Below, piece by piece: positions 1-9,713 of a DNA stretch of 51,660 nucleotides. The notes beneath the pieces were generated by a model that made no database searches, had not been told where the DNA came from, and worked only from the letters and a program-made list of their open reading frames with translations. How positions within the stretch are numbered: position 1 is the stretch's first letter; every line of letters starts with the position of its first letter. The DNA is taken from positions 1 to 51,660 of IMG/VR virus record IMGVR_UViG_3300029309_000064, one strand, 5' to 3'. Made by a program: the position numbers and the translations under genes. This DNA comes from a virus. Taxonomy: Duplodnaviria; Caudoviricetes.

Positions 1-808
1 ATTGAGGATAATCATCTACGCCTAAAGCGGCAGTTTCGCCTTTAAGATGTGCAGTACTTTGTGGCGAACTCGTGCCAATCCCAACATTTTGACTAGCATC
101 AATACGAATAGCCTCTACGTTTCCTGTGTGCATGGTCATCACATCAGAGCCAGGAAATGCAATAAATGTATTTCCATCTGTATCACCAGCAATATCGTCT
201 ACTTGGAGAGAACCAACATTCGTAATATTGTTATCACCGAAAGAGACATTGCCACTAAAAGTAGTGCCAGCTAGGTTGGTTGTGCTAGTAACAGCAAGAG
301 TGCCGCCAATAGTTGCATTACCAACAACATTTACGTTAGTTGTACCTGTAGGTATTTCTATTACATCTGCGTCAGCATCATTTTTAATTGTAACATCATT
401 AGTGCTACCCTGACCTGTAAGAATAAGACCTTCAGCAGCAGTGTATCCTATTGCAGCATTATCACCAGCAGAAGTATCACCATCTGGTTCAAATGTTGCG
501 GCAGTCATTATACCATCTGTGTCTACAGTACCCTGAAAGAAAGCATCTTTAAATTGTAAAGAAGATGTACCTAAATCAAGAGTATTATCTGTTTTAGGTT
601 TAACTTGAGAAGCACTTATTACAAGGTCTTGTGCAGGACCAACTACAGTAACAGGACCACCTTCTGCAGATGTTCCATCGTGAGTATGTCCACTTGTACC
701 AAAGGCACTTTCAATTGCATCAAATTCGCCATCTAAATCTGAGGCATTAATAACATTACCATCAGCAATATTATTAGATGTGTCGTTCCTAGTGTAACCT
801 GTTCCCAT
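1..808 (-). CDS. Tail fibre protein, N-terminal part (runs off the left edge)
   Basis: Not in the ORF track. ATG at 808 reads MGTGYTRNDTSNNIADGNVINASDLDGEFDAIESAFGTSGHTHDGTSAEGG..., open to base 2, with a NVGIGTSSP fibre motif; follows the tail genes. Confidence 0.85.
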   Translation of the reverse strand, partial: MGTGYTRNDTSNNIADGNVINASDLDGEFDAIESAFGTSGHTHDGTSAEGGPVTVVGPAQDLVISASQVKPKTDNTLDLGTSSLQFKDAFFQGTVDTDGIMTAATFEPDGDTSAGDNAAIGYTAAEGLILTGQGSTNDVTIKNDADADVIEIPTGTTNVNVVGNATIGGTLAVTSTTNLAGTTFSGNVSFGDNNITNVGSLQVDDIAGDTDGNTFIAFPGSDVMTMHTGNVEAIRIDASQNVGIGTSSPQSTAHLKGETAALGVDDYPQ

Positions 809-814
809 TTTGGT

Positions 815-2797
815 TTACCTTCTCGTGTTTGTACCATATTCTAATGTAATAGCATCTAAAGAAAATGGTGGATCTGTGCTATCTGATTCAAATTGTATTG
901 ACCCTGTAAAACCTGATCCAATTAATTGTGATTCAAACAAAGTCAAAAGTTTATTACTATATACCGCAGATGATCCAAATGTTGCTGAACCATAAAATGC
1001 AACCTCACCTGTATTACTGTCAAAGTTTATTTCTGTTGGTTGTATACTATCTTTCTGATCAAAGTCTAATTTAAGACTCATATCAAACGAAACACTTCCT
1101 TGTGGATCTGTATATAAAAATGCTTTATAAAAAGTTTTACGAATACGAGGATCATTAATTGGCATAAAAGGTGTAGCAAAAGTAGTTTTTATATTAGAAC
1201 CATCAAAGTTATTGCCTTTTTCCATTTGATATAAATAACCATCATCGTTAGCAAATACAATTGTTTCTGTGTTTTGAAAAAATCTACTATCTGCTACAAA
1301 AGCTCTAATGCCACGAAGTTCTGACCAAGCCATTCCTTCTCCACCTTGACTGGCAAATTGTGTTCCAAGAATACCTTGAGCACTTTCTTGTGCAATATTT
1401 GTATTGTAGCCAAATATTCTATATTGTGATTTATCACGAACAACCACACTTGAAAAAGATGTGTTTGCTGCAATAAAATTTATTACTTCTTTTTGTATTG
1501 ATTTAGATACATTACCTAATCCAAAATCACCAATACGATCTGTACCACTTAATAGTCTCAAACCGTCTGGGCCTAAAAACATTACATCGCCACCAACCTC
1601 TTGTATTGTATCTGTATCTACACATCCAATATCTAATGTTATAGGTTGTAAATTAAAGTCTGCATTAGTATTGCCAGTTATTTGTAGTATAGATGTTTCA
1701 GTAAATATAATCAACTGCTGTCTAAATACTATCAGTCCTGTTATTGCTGCTCCCAAGGATATTGTACCAGAACCATTAGATGTTGTAAAGTCATTATCTG
1801 TAAATGGGGCAGTAAAAGTTAATAAAGTACCTTTGCCAAAAAACAAATGATTTTTAAAATTAACTACAAAACTCGAACCAATAACATCTGCAGGAGCAGC
1901 ATTTAATGCAGTAAACGTAGTATTGTCATATACTGCAGGGACATTAGTACCATCTACTATAGCAATCTTTTCTGTTCCTGTAAAATTATATCTAGCAAAT
2001 CTTCTTTTATTAGAGCTTTCTAGTGATGTACTTAAAAAAGTTATTGCAGCATTATCTGCTGGAGAACTAGCCAATGAAGGATTAATTGCTAATGTAGCAC
2101 CGCCAGAGCTTACAGATGCATCTGCAGTTACAGTATATACTTTATCTACACCTGTTATTTTAAAAACATCACCTTCTTGTGGGGCTGCAGTTAGACCATC
2201 TACAACAAGGCTAGATCCAGTTTGTGATGCGCCATTTACAAGTACAGTACCATAACTAGGTACGTTAATATGTGTTATTGCACTGGAAGATACTTTAAAA
2301 AGATCATCATTTCTAGCTACAATAACGTTTTCTAAAAATACACCACAACCAAGTGCAAGGTACTTACTTGTTGTTGTAGCGAATATAACTGTTGTTGCAT
2401 TTGCAGGAGAACTAGCAAGAGAACTTGTAAGAGTTAGTGTAGCTCTGTTGTTTGTAGCATCATATGATACACCACCAGATGCAATAGTATATGTGCCTGT
2501 TACTCCTGTTATTGTAAAAGTATCACCTGCTTCTGGTGTTTGATGTATATTACCTATAATAAGAGTAGTGCCAGATTGACTGCCACCATGTACCACAGGA
2601 GCACCATAGGGTGGAATAATACTACTATTATATTTAGTAAATCCTTCAACTCTACGATAACCACCTTCAATAGAAGGTTCAAAGTTTTTAAGCACCCTAG
2701 CAGACCCTGCAGAATTAATACCTTGTTGCAATGGACTCATATTAGTAATAAGCCCACCACGAAACTCAACAGGGTATGTTTGACGACTTGTTGGCAT
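815..2797 (-). CDS. Tail tubular/nozzle-like virion protein (660 aa) with two copies of an inserted beta domain
   Basis: Size, position after the 240-aa adaptor, beta-rich sequence, internal duplication. Confidence 0.65.
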   Translation of the reverse strand: MPTSRQTYPVEFRGGLITNMSPLQQGINSAGSARVLKNFEPSIEGGYRRVEGFTKYNSSIIPPYGAPVVHGGSQSGTTLIIGNIHQTPEAGDTFTITGVTGTYTIASGGVSYDATNNRATLTLTSSLASSPANATTVIFATTTSKYLALGCGVFLENVIVARNDDLFKVSSSAITHINVPSYGTVLVNGASQTGSSLVVDGLTAAPQEGDVFKITGVDKVYTVTADASVSSGGATLAINPSLASSPADNAAITFLSTSLESSNKRRFARYNFTGTEKIAIVDGTNVPAVYDNTTFTALNAAPADVIGSSFVVNFKNHLFFGKGTLLTFTAPFTDNDFTTSNGSGTISLGAAITGLIVFRQQLIIFTETSILQITGNTNADFNLQPITLDIGCVDTDTIQEVGGDVMFLGPDGLRLLSGTDRIGDFGLGNVSKSIQKEVINFIAANTSFSSVVVRDKSQYRIFGYNTNIAQESAQGILGTQFASQGGEGMAWSELRGIRAFVADSRFFQNTETIVFANDDGYLYQMEKGNNFDGSNIKTTFATPFMPINDPRIRKTFYKAFLYTDPQGSVSFDMSLKLDFDQKDSIQPTEINFDSNTGEVAFYGSATFGSSAVYSNKLLTLFESQLIGSGFTGSIQFESDSTDPPFSLDAITLEYGTNTRR

Positions 2798-2799
2798 AT

Positions 2800-3522
2800 T
2801 TAATTTACTCTAAATGAATTAGCTGACATACGAGTACGATCTAATACAGTAGATCTAACATAATCATATCTATTAATATACAAACTACGCATGTTTTTAA
2901 TTTCATCTATAAACTTGGATTGCACTAAATTAGCTTCTTGTGTTTCTCCTCTAAACATATATGCATAATGCATTGCACCCTCCACAATAATGTATCTAAA
3001 TTGTTCTGGTATAGTAGGAACATCAGTAGCATTAAGTAAATCTATAGGAAGTCTGTAATATTCATATACTACTTTGTATGCTTTATCTGGTGCATTTACA
3101 AATCCAAACTCTTGACTTGGTGCTCTAAATACAAAATCAGGCAACCCTCTAATATTGCTAGTAGTGTTATATTCAGCATCTACGTATTTATTTAAATATT
3201 CTTCATAAGTAATAATATTAAGTTTTTTTGTGTCGTTGCCTAAAGTACTATCTTTTTTAATTCTAAAACTATCCATATCAATTGTTTTAGTATCAGAAGG
3301 GTATGCATATCTAACTATCCCTTCAGTAAGAGTTTCTTCTGTTTCTACATGATTAAAAGGCCATTCATATTCATGTTGATTAATATATCTTATTGCTGAG
3401 TTTACAGCATCTTTAATCATTGAATATTCACCAACTGCACTTGCAAAATTAGAAGATGTAAGCTGTACTTCATTAAGCCTACGATTTAAATCATTTACAA
3501 TGCCAAGATAATCGTAGGCCAT
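2800..3522 (-). CDS. Head-tail adaptor / tail tubular protein A-like (240 aa)
   Basis: Helical N-terminus (YLGIVNDLNRRLNEVQL...AVNSAIRYI...WPF) typical of podovirus adaptors; position. Confidence 0.65.
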   Translation of the reverse strand: MAYDYLGIVNDLNRRLNEVQLTSSNFASAVGEYSMIKDAVNSAIRYINQHEYEWPFNHVETEETLTEGIVRYAYPSDTKTIDMDSFRIKKDSTLGNDTKKLNIITYEEYLNKYVDAEYNTTSNIRGLPDFVFRAPSQEFGFVNAPDKAYKVVYEYYRLPIDLLNATDVPTIPEQFRYIIVEGAMHYAYMFRGETQEANLVQSKFIDEIKNMRSLYINRYDYVRSTVLDRTRMSANSFRVN

Positions 3523-3870
3523 TTAACGTTCCTTTAATCTTAATTTAATACTACGTTCTGCTTGACTGCCTGTGCTATCTACCATATTACAGAAAAAAGT
3601 ATATTCAATATTATTTTGACCACCACCAATATTTATAGTTGCAACTGTATCTGTATTTGTTTGAGATACGTTTTGTATGGTATCTGTTGTAGCTGAACTT
3701 GAAGCAGTTGTTAATGTTTGTCCTGCAGCTAATGTAGTTTTGACATCATACGAAGTAGATTTTACAGACCATGTAACTGAACTGATGGTAGCACCAGCAA
3801 GAAATCTTTCCCAATCTACACTATAATCTAATTGTTCATCTGGATCTTTATTAGGCCAACGAAAACTCAT
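3523..3870 (-). CDS. Small virion protein, fibre/tail adaptor-like (115 aa)
   Basis: KDPDEQLDYSVDW motif common in phage tail modules. Confidence 0.55.
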   Translation of the reverse strand: MSFRWPNKDPDEQLDYSVDWERFLAGATISSVTWSVKSTSYDVKTTLAAGQTLTTASSSATTDTIQNVSQTNTDTVATINIGGGQNNIEYTFFCNMVDSTGSQAERSIKLRLKER

Positions 3871-3872
3871 TT

Positions 3873-3983
3873 TTAATCCTCAGTTGCATACACAGTTCTA
3901 TCTGCTGACGTTGTTTGTCGTTGCACAAAAACTATTCTATTTTCTTCTGGTACTATTACCGTTCTTTCTGCTGAAGTAGACAT
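3873..3983 (-). CDS. 36-aa hypothetical protein MSTSAERTVIVPEENRIVFVQRQTTSADRTVYATED
   Basis: Below the ORF-track cutoff; fills the gap exactly, start overlaps the upstream stop; internal repeat TSAERTV/TSADRTV. Confidence 0.6.
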   Translation of the reverse strand: MSTSAERTVIVPEENRIVFVQRQTTSADRTVYATED

Positions 3984-4624
3984 TAGGCTGCTCTTGCTAT
4001 ATAAATTGTACGCCTACGGCTGTATTGATTTTTTACCGATTCAAAATCAAATGCTCTTCCTACTGTAACTGCAGTGCTAATAATACCTGTGCTACTAATA
4101 CTAGCAAGAGATTCTTTTATGTTTACTGTTACAGTATTTATAGAACCTGTAGCTGAAACACCCGTAACTTTTTCAGTTGTTTTGTCTTCTACAGAATTTA
4201 CTGCACCAGTTGCAGATACAGAAGATATAACTATTGTTGAATCTGCAAGTAATACAAGAGTTCCTATTGAACCTGTAGAAGATGTGCCAGTAAGACCTGC
4301 GCCAGTTGCTATTTGAGAAAGGCTATTTACAGAACCAGTACCACTTACTCCTGCACTAATACGTTCTGTAATATCAATTTCAAAACCACCAGCAGATACA
4401 GCTTCTATTGCACTTGTACCTACTACACTAGCAAGAGTTTCTTTTACATTTTCTGTTACAGTATTTACAGAACCTGTTGCAGATACTCCTGCTGGTGTAA
4501 CAACTATAGCAACTACGCCATAATTTGAAGAACCATATTTACCTGTTCCATATATAGCAGGAAGAAAAACAGTTGTTTCTATTCCACCTATTGGTTCAGA
4601 TGATAGTGGGTGGAAACCTAACAT
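3983..4624 (-). CDS. Ser/Thr/Gly/Val-rich repetitive virion protein (213 aa)
   Basis: Repeated VSATG(S/A)(V/I)N(T/S)V units; structural operon. Confidence 0.6.
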   Translation of the reverse strand: MLGFHPLSSEPIGGIETTVFLPAIYGTGKYGSSNYGVVAIVVTPAGVSATGSVNTVTENVKETLASVVGTSAIEAVSAGGFEIDITERISAGVSGTGSVNSLSQIATGAGLTGTSSTGSIGTLVLLADSTIVISSVSATGAVNSVEDKTTEKVTGVSATGSINTVTVNIKESLASISSTGIISTAVTVGRAFDFESVKNQYSRRRTIYIARAA

Positions 4625-4627
4625 AAT

Positions 4628-6355
4628 CTAAGTCGATGTGCTAAACTGATATACTGTATCGTTACTTTCGCCTACAGCATACAATTTTTTTCCACTGTCT
4701 CCAAAACACATCCCTTGGATATAAGTCCCAAAATCACTGGTATTAAGTGTAAAAGATTTACTTGCATATGAGACATTAGAAAGATCCCACGCTGAAGCTA
4801 AATTATACTGATAAATTGTAGAATCCGAATAGCCATGCACGAACATTTTTGTTCCATCGTCAGAAAAATCCATAGTTTCGAATCCCCCACCCTGTGTTGG
4901 ACTATAAGCTCTAGTGTAAGACGCAGTACTAACGTCAAAGGCTGTTGATAGTGCAAATTCTCCAACTTTAGCAGCATTGCGGTCAAGAATAAACATCTTA
5001 GTGCCATCAGTCTTAAACTGCACTTCAAAAGGATTTTGAATTACATTACTGCTCAGACTACCAACAGTTGAACTTGTGTAAGACGAGCTTGCTGTACTAG
5101 TATCGTAATTTGTACTTAGAGTCCAGCTTTGGACTTTTCCCGTCCCATTTGCGGTGGTGAAAACCATATGGCCTGATGATGAATAACAACAACCTGTTAT
5201 TACAGGGGTACTTCCAGAAGGAGAAAGATCACCGCCTGAAGAGTGTGATGCAGTGCTCACGTCAAACGCTGTGCTCAAAGTGTAATAGTGAACATCATCG
5301 CTTGTGTTCCCTGCAATGATCATTTTTGTTCCATCAGCGCTTATATCGACACCCTTGGGTGAACTTTCTTGACCACTTACAGAGAAACTTTTACTCATGT
5401 AAGATGCATTGACAATATCAAAGCTAGAAACAAAAGAAATTGTAAAAGAGTGCGTTACATTTGCAATGTTCGTGCCATCTGACACATCAAATCTAATTGC
5501 TACTGTTCCACCCCCAGAGCTTGCAGGAGTGAGGGTAAATGTATTACCTGACTGATTGCTCACTGGAAAACTTGGTGAACTAAAAACATCTGAGGCTGTA
5601 CCGCTTGTGACAGTGGCAGAAAAACTTAACGTATCTAAATTTGCATCAGTTGCATTAACCGTAATAACGGTATTGCTTCCAGCCGTTAGTGTAAATGTAC
5701 CACCAGAAGAAAGGTTGTTTGCACTTGCTCCACCAGTAGCTTCTGAAAAGCTGCTAATAACAGGAGTTGCATTTGTAATTGTTGCGAGAAGAAAAAAACC
5801 TGACGAAGATTTTACATACAGTTTATTTGCGCCAGTGTCATAATGCAGCGAACCCTCTGAAGCAGATGCTGCATCTGTCAGCATTGCAGATTGATTTGAA
5901 TGTACTGTTACACCAGATGTTATATCACTACTATTTGCAAGCTTAACCCAATTACCTGCATGAGCAAAATACATGGCTCCTTCTCCATGAACGTGATAGA
6001 TACGGCCATGATAGTCAGTAGCGCTGGGCAAGTCAGAAGTACCTGAAAACACCTCTACGATCTGTAAATCTTGTGCCGCAGGTGTGAGAAAGACTGTGTG
6101 AGTACCGCTTCCTAAATTAAGTAAAGAGCCAGTCGAAGAAGACCGTAATGTTCGTGTTAAATTTAACGAAGAGTGGGTATATGTACCTGTTCCAATTTCA
6201 AAAGCAGAGCCACTTTCAATGACATAACCTACGGTCAGTCCATTTAAACTTGATGGAAAAGCATTAAATCCTGTTGCCCCAGACGCAGACAAAGTAAGAG
6301 CACCTGTTCCAGTAGTTGTTGTTGTGGTTTTAACTCTATCTGCAAAGTAAGGCAT
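4628..6355 (-). CDS. Fibre / receptor-binding protein with C-terminal beta-propeller (575 aa)
   Basis: N-terminal ADRVKTTTTTTGTG fibre anchor; blade repeats YTLSTAFDVSTAS, WTLSTNYDTSTAS, FALSTAFDVSTAS, YNLASAWDLSNVS. Confidence 0.65.
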   Translation of the reverse strand: MPYFADRVKTTTTTTGTGALTLSASGATGFNAFPSSLNGLTVGYVIESGSAFEIGTGTYTHSSLNLTRTLRSSSTGSLLNLGSGTHTVFLTPAAQDLQIVEVFSGTSDLPSATDYHGRIYHVHGEGAMYFAHAGNWVKLANSSDITSGVTVHSNQSAMLTDAASASEGSLHYDTGANKLYVKSSSGFFLLATITNATPVISSFSEATGGASANNLSSGGTFTLTAGSNTVITVNATDANLDTLSFSATVTSGTASDVFSSPSFPVSNQSGNTFTLTPASSGGGTVAIRFDVSDGTNIANVTHSFTISFVSSFDIVNASYMSKSFSVSGQESSPKGVDISADGTKMIIAGNTSDDVHYYTLSTAFDVSTASHSSGGDLSPSGSTPVITGCCYSSSGHMVFTTANGTGKVQSWTLSTNYDTSTASSSYTSSTVGSLSSNVIQNPFEVQFKTDGTKMFILDRNAAKVGEFALSTAFDVSTASYTRAYSPTQGGGFETMDFSDDGTKMFVHGYSDSTIYQYNLASAWDLSNVSYASKSFTLNTSDFGTYIQGMCFGDSGKKLYAVGESNDTVYQFSTST

Positions 6356-6368
6356 ATTTATTTATCCA

Positions 6369-6806
6369 TTAAGCAATACGAATTACGGCAGTACTTGCTC
6401 CTGCTGCAGGAAACTCAATAGTTAAATCTCCTGCTGTAGCACTTACTGTACCACCAAAATCAATTACAGCAATAGCTTTATTAGATGCAGATGAGTTATA
6501 GATAATACAACCATCTGCTGATGTTGTTACATTTGAAAACACTTCATCTGCAAAGTCTACCAAAGCAGTAGTGCCTGAAGTAGTAATAGCTGCACTATCT
6601 AAATTTTGACCCCCTGCAGAATAGTTAGTACCAGATGCTTCATCAGAGTTACCTGTAACATCTGAATAATTAGTTGTTGCTGCATTATACGTACCAGAAG
6701 GTGAAGCTTTAATTAATGCAAGTTTAATTGTATGTGTATCCAAATCATGGATACCGCCAAGCAGTTCGCCTTTAAAACTTGTACACATTGCTGTTGTGAT
6801 AGCCAT
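6369..6806 (-). CDS. Virion structural protein (145 aa)
   Basis: MAITTAMCTSFKGELL...IDFGG type seen in marine phage structural modules; GAGG RBS. Confidence 0.6.
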   Translation of the reverse strand: MAITTAMCTSFKGELLGGIHDLDTHTIKLALIKASPSGTYNAATTNYSDVTGNSDEASGTNYSAGGQNLDSAAITTSGTTALVDFADEVFSNVTTSADGCIIYNSSASNKAIAVIDFGGTVSATAGDLTIEFPAAGASTAVIRIA

Positions 6807-6831
6807 GTTTAGAATCCTCTAGTTAAGTTTA

Positions 6832-6857
6832 AGGGGCCAGCGCTGGGCCAGCCCCTA
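6832..6857 (-). terminator. GC-rich hairpin after the capsid and decoration genes (terminator or stabiliser)
   Basis: Minus strand GGGGCUGG-cccagcg-CUGGCCCC just after the stop; U-tract weak (UUAAACUU). Confidence 0.5.
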
Positions 6858-6863
6858 AAGTAG

Positions 6864-7400
6864 TTATGCAAGTAGATCACGATCCACTTCATTAGCAGAG
6901 CTAGACTGTGAAACATCATCCATGATTAAGCATACAGCATAAACACGAATAATACCACCAGTAATAGTTCCACCTGACGCATGAATTTCTACGTCAACAG
7001 TATCTGCTGATGCAGTAAATACAGGTAGGTTTGAACATACACCTGAAGATGTAATAGCAGGAGTGTGATCTCCTACGGATGCACCATCAAGGTCAAATGA
7101 TGCAGCAAAAATATCTACATCTGTTCCTGTAATACCAACATGAATAGCAGAGTCAGTAGTAGTACCTGTCATTGCAGTAACAACTTTAAAACCTGCATGT
7201 AGGATTAAAGTGTTTGCAGGGACAGCAATAGCTTCAATGATATCATTAGCTGCTAGTGCAGTACCACCGTTTTGTAAGATAGCATCTGCAAGATCAATAT
7301 CGTTCTGCAGAGTTACCATGCTTGCACGTAACTGCTTATTGCCAGTACCGCCATTGTTGGAAGTAGAGGCTGAGTTTGTGCTCATTGAGATAGTAGCCAT
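6864..7400 (-). CDS. Probable capsid decoration protein (178 aa)
   Basis: Directly after the major capsid gene with GGGAGG RBS; beta-rich. Confidence 0.5.
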   Translation of the reverse strand: MATISMSTNSASTSNNGGTGNKQLRASMVTLQNDIDLADAILQNGGTALAANDIIEAIAVPANTLILHAGFKVVTAMTGTTTDSAIHVGITGTDVDIFAASFDLDGASVGDHTPAITSSGVCSNLPVFTASADTVDVEIHASGGTITGGIIRVYAVCLIMDDVSQSSSANEVDRDLLA

Positions 7401-7414
7401 AATTCAATCCTCCC

Positions 7415-8488
7415 TTACGCTGCGTTGTACTTGGCAGTAACGATTGCTTCTGGACGAAGTATCTTCCTACCATATAGATGCATACCACGAACAATGTCAG
7501 CAAAGCTGTCTGGATCACGATACGTTTCCGTTTTGTTGATCTGTTCAGCAGTTGCTACTGCGCTGTCGTGTCCAGCAACAATCACACCAAAATTTGCGTT
7601 CTGGTTAGCTGTTCCTGTAGTTCCTGGTCCTGTGCCTACTGCTGGCAAGTTTGATGACACGTAGAAACGGAAACCGTGAAAGTTATTCAGAGTTAGTCCG
7701 TTACGGATACCACCTGACTCACCGTAATCCCCATTCATAAAGCGTGAATCTTCGTCACGAAGAAGCTCCATAAATACAGGGTCAACTACCAGCCATCTCC
7801 CTTGTGTATCAACCTGTTGTTGATCAAGAAGACGTGCCATACGTGCAACAACTTGCAAAGGCGAAGCTACATCATTTGGTATTGACGTAGCACCTGGCAA
7901 ACGTACTGCTAGTGGAATAGAGTGATCCCCTGCAGAACCTGTTGTGATATTGCCAAACGAGTCTTTACGCAGTTTCATGCTTGTAAGCAATTCGTCTGAA
8001 CCTGCAGTTGTTACAGCTTTTTCACCACTTGCTGTGGTATTGGCTGTATCAGCTTTTGAGTGCAGTGAAGACTGCTTGAAACCTGTCATGTAACCAAGAA
8101 CTTCTTGGTCATACTGATCAGCTAGACGATAGGCTGCACGATCAGTGGCAAGTTGCATGAAGTTAACGTGGCTGTGTGCTTCTTCGATGTCATCCATCTT
8201 AAAAGCAAAGTAGTTGGATTTATCAACAACCAGTGTGAAGTCTTCGTCATCAAGGTCTTGCGCTGTTACAGTGGTCCCACGAGTGTAGGATTGCACTGAA
8301 ATTTCAGGTTCCTTGATAATTCTGACTGTATCACCTTGGGCAGAAATCTCCCCAAAATAATCTGAGTTAGTGATGTCTCCAACAGTGGCACTCTTGCGAA
8401 ATGCAAGTTGTACCTGTTTGGAATAGATTATAGGGCTAAAATTACCGTTAGGTAAGTTCCCATAACCTGATGCGGATGAAAAAGCCAT
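7415..8488 (-). CDS. Major capsid protein (357 aa)
   Basis: NFSPIIYSKQV, GDTVRII, ETYRDPDSFADIVRGMHLYGRKILRPEA motifs; AAGGAGG RBS; follows the scaffold gene. Confidence 0.92.
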   Translation of the reverse strand: MAFSSASGYGNLPNGNFSPIIYSKQVQLAFRKSATVGDITNSDYFGEISAQGDTVRIIKEPEISVQSYTRGTTVTAQDLDDEDFTLVVDKSNYFAFKMDDIEEAHSHVNFMQLATDRAAYRLADQYDQEVLGYMTGFKQSSLHSKADTANTTASGEKAVTTAGSDELLTSMKLRKDSFGNITTGSAGDHSIPLAVRLPGATSIPNDVASPLQVVARMARLLDQQQVDTQGRWLVVDPVFMELLRDEDSRFMNGDYGESGGIRNGLTLNNFHGFRFYVSSNLPAVGTGPGTTGTANQNANFGVIVAGHDSAVATAEQINKTETYRDPDSFADIVRGMHLYGRKILRPEAIVTAKYNAA

Positions 8489-8697
8489 AATAAATCCTCC
8501 TTAGATGTTTGCTGGCTTATGTGAAGTAAGCCCAAACTTACTTTAAGGGGCTGACGTTTCTAGGGTGCAAGTGTACTGATCAGGTTAACTTGGGCCTATA
8601 CTTAATCAGGTGTGTCTTAACTTAGTTGTTTGGCTTAGTTTAGTAAGAACACAAAGGTAGCTAATATTATTAGGGCTTTATGCTCTTGTCTTAACAT
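8489..8697 (-). promoter_or_regulatory. Structured 5' leader of the capsid mRNA (three hairpins)
   Basis: Stems at 8645-8687, 8543-8620 and 8524-8543 with CC/C(U)AC internal loops and an AGUA/GAA loop-E-like motif. Confidence 0.65.
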
Positions 8698-8702
8698 ACA
8701 CA

Positions 8703-8730
8703 GTTATACATATAAATTGTGTAATGTCAA
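8703..8730 (-). promoter_or_regulatory. Sigma70-like capsid promoter TTGACA-16-TATAAC
   Basis: TTGACA 8730-8725, TATAAC 8708-8703; extended motif shared with 19891-19918. Confidence 0.7.
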
Positions 8731-8737
8731 TACTTTT

Positions 8738-9619
8738 TTAACGTGCAGCACCAGAAAGATCGTAAATAAATTTACCACTACGTATTGACTCCATGATTGC
8801 ATCAGAGTTAGCCTCGTATTCTTGGGCTGTCATCTTTTGCACATCTGACTCACGGAAGCTTCCTGATGTGTCGTTAGTTTCTACTTTGGTTGTGCGTTTA
8901 GTCTTAACTTGAGAAGCTGCCTCTTTAGTAGACTTACGCTTACCTTTTACGTCCATGCCGTTGTCAATCTTGTAAAGATCAATAACACGCACAACAGACT
9001 TAGGATCATCTTGGTTTTCGTACAAGGCATCTTGTACCCACTTAGGTTGTTCCTCTGCCCACTCGTGAAAGTTATCACTAGCGCGTAGATCATCAAAGTC
9101 TTTGTGTATAGAACGTATTTCATCTTCAGCTTTAGAACGATATGTTTCTGCAGCTATCTTATCTAACTCCTGTAGCCTAGCGTCAGCGTTCTTAAACTTT
9201 TCGTTTGCCTTTTTGTCAGCAATAGTTTCTACGATCTGTGCTATCTCAGGATACTTTTTAGCCCAAGCATCTATGCTTTCGTCACTAGCAGGTGGACGTA
9301 CAGAACCATTTTTTGCAGCGTTATCTAGTTTAGCTTTTAGTTCTTTTAGCTCCTCGTTCTGTTTATTTAGATGGCTGCGTAAATCACTATACCGTTTTTT
9401 AAACGTTCTTTCTTCTGCAGATAGTGTCTCTTCTTTATCTTCTGTATTGGCCTCTGCCTCTTTGGTATCGGCCTCTTCGTCACTGGATGATCCCCCTTCC
9501 ATAAGGGCTTTGAGTTCTGCTTCATCCTGTTCTATACGTTTTTTATTTGCATTTCTTGTACTCTTTGATTGTACGAATCCTGCATTTTTTGGTGTCTCCA
9601 CTTCTGCTAGTTCAGGCAT
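8738..9619 (-). CDS. Capsid scaffolding protein (293 aa)
   Basis: Acidic, coiled-coil, FKKRYSDLR motif, immediately upstream of the capsid gene. Confidence 0.75.
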   Translation of the reverse strand: MPELAEVETPKNAGFVQSKSTRNANKKRIEQDEAELKALMEGGSSSDEEADTKEAEANTEDKEETLSAEERTFKKRYSDLRSHLNKQNEELKELKAKLDNAAKNGSVRPPASDESIDAWAKKYPEIAQIVETIADKKANEKFKNADARLQELDKIAAETYRSKAEDEIRSIHKDFDDLRASDNFHEWAEEQPKWVQDALYENQDDPKSVVRVIDLYKIDNGMDVKGKRKSTKEAASQVKTKRTTKVETNDTSGSFRESDVQKMTAQEYEANSDAIMESIRSGKFIYDLSGAAR

Positions 9620-9635
9620 ATTGTATTCCTTTCTT

Positions 9636-9669
9636 ATATGGGGCCAGCGTTATTGCTGGGTAGCCTTAT
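9636..9669 (-). promoter_or_regulatory. Hairpin upstream of the scaffold RBS with CUAC/CC internal loop
   Basis: GG-CUAC-CCAGC-aauaac-GCUGG-CC-CC, just before the AAGGA RBS. Confidence 0.55.
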
Positions 9670-9713
9670 CGTTGTTTAGTTTAGTATATTTTAGTATTGT
9701 TGTTAGATCACGT

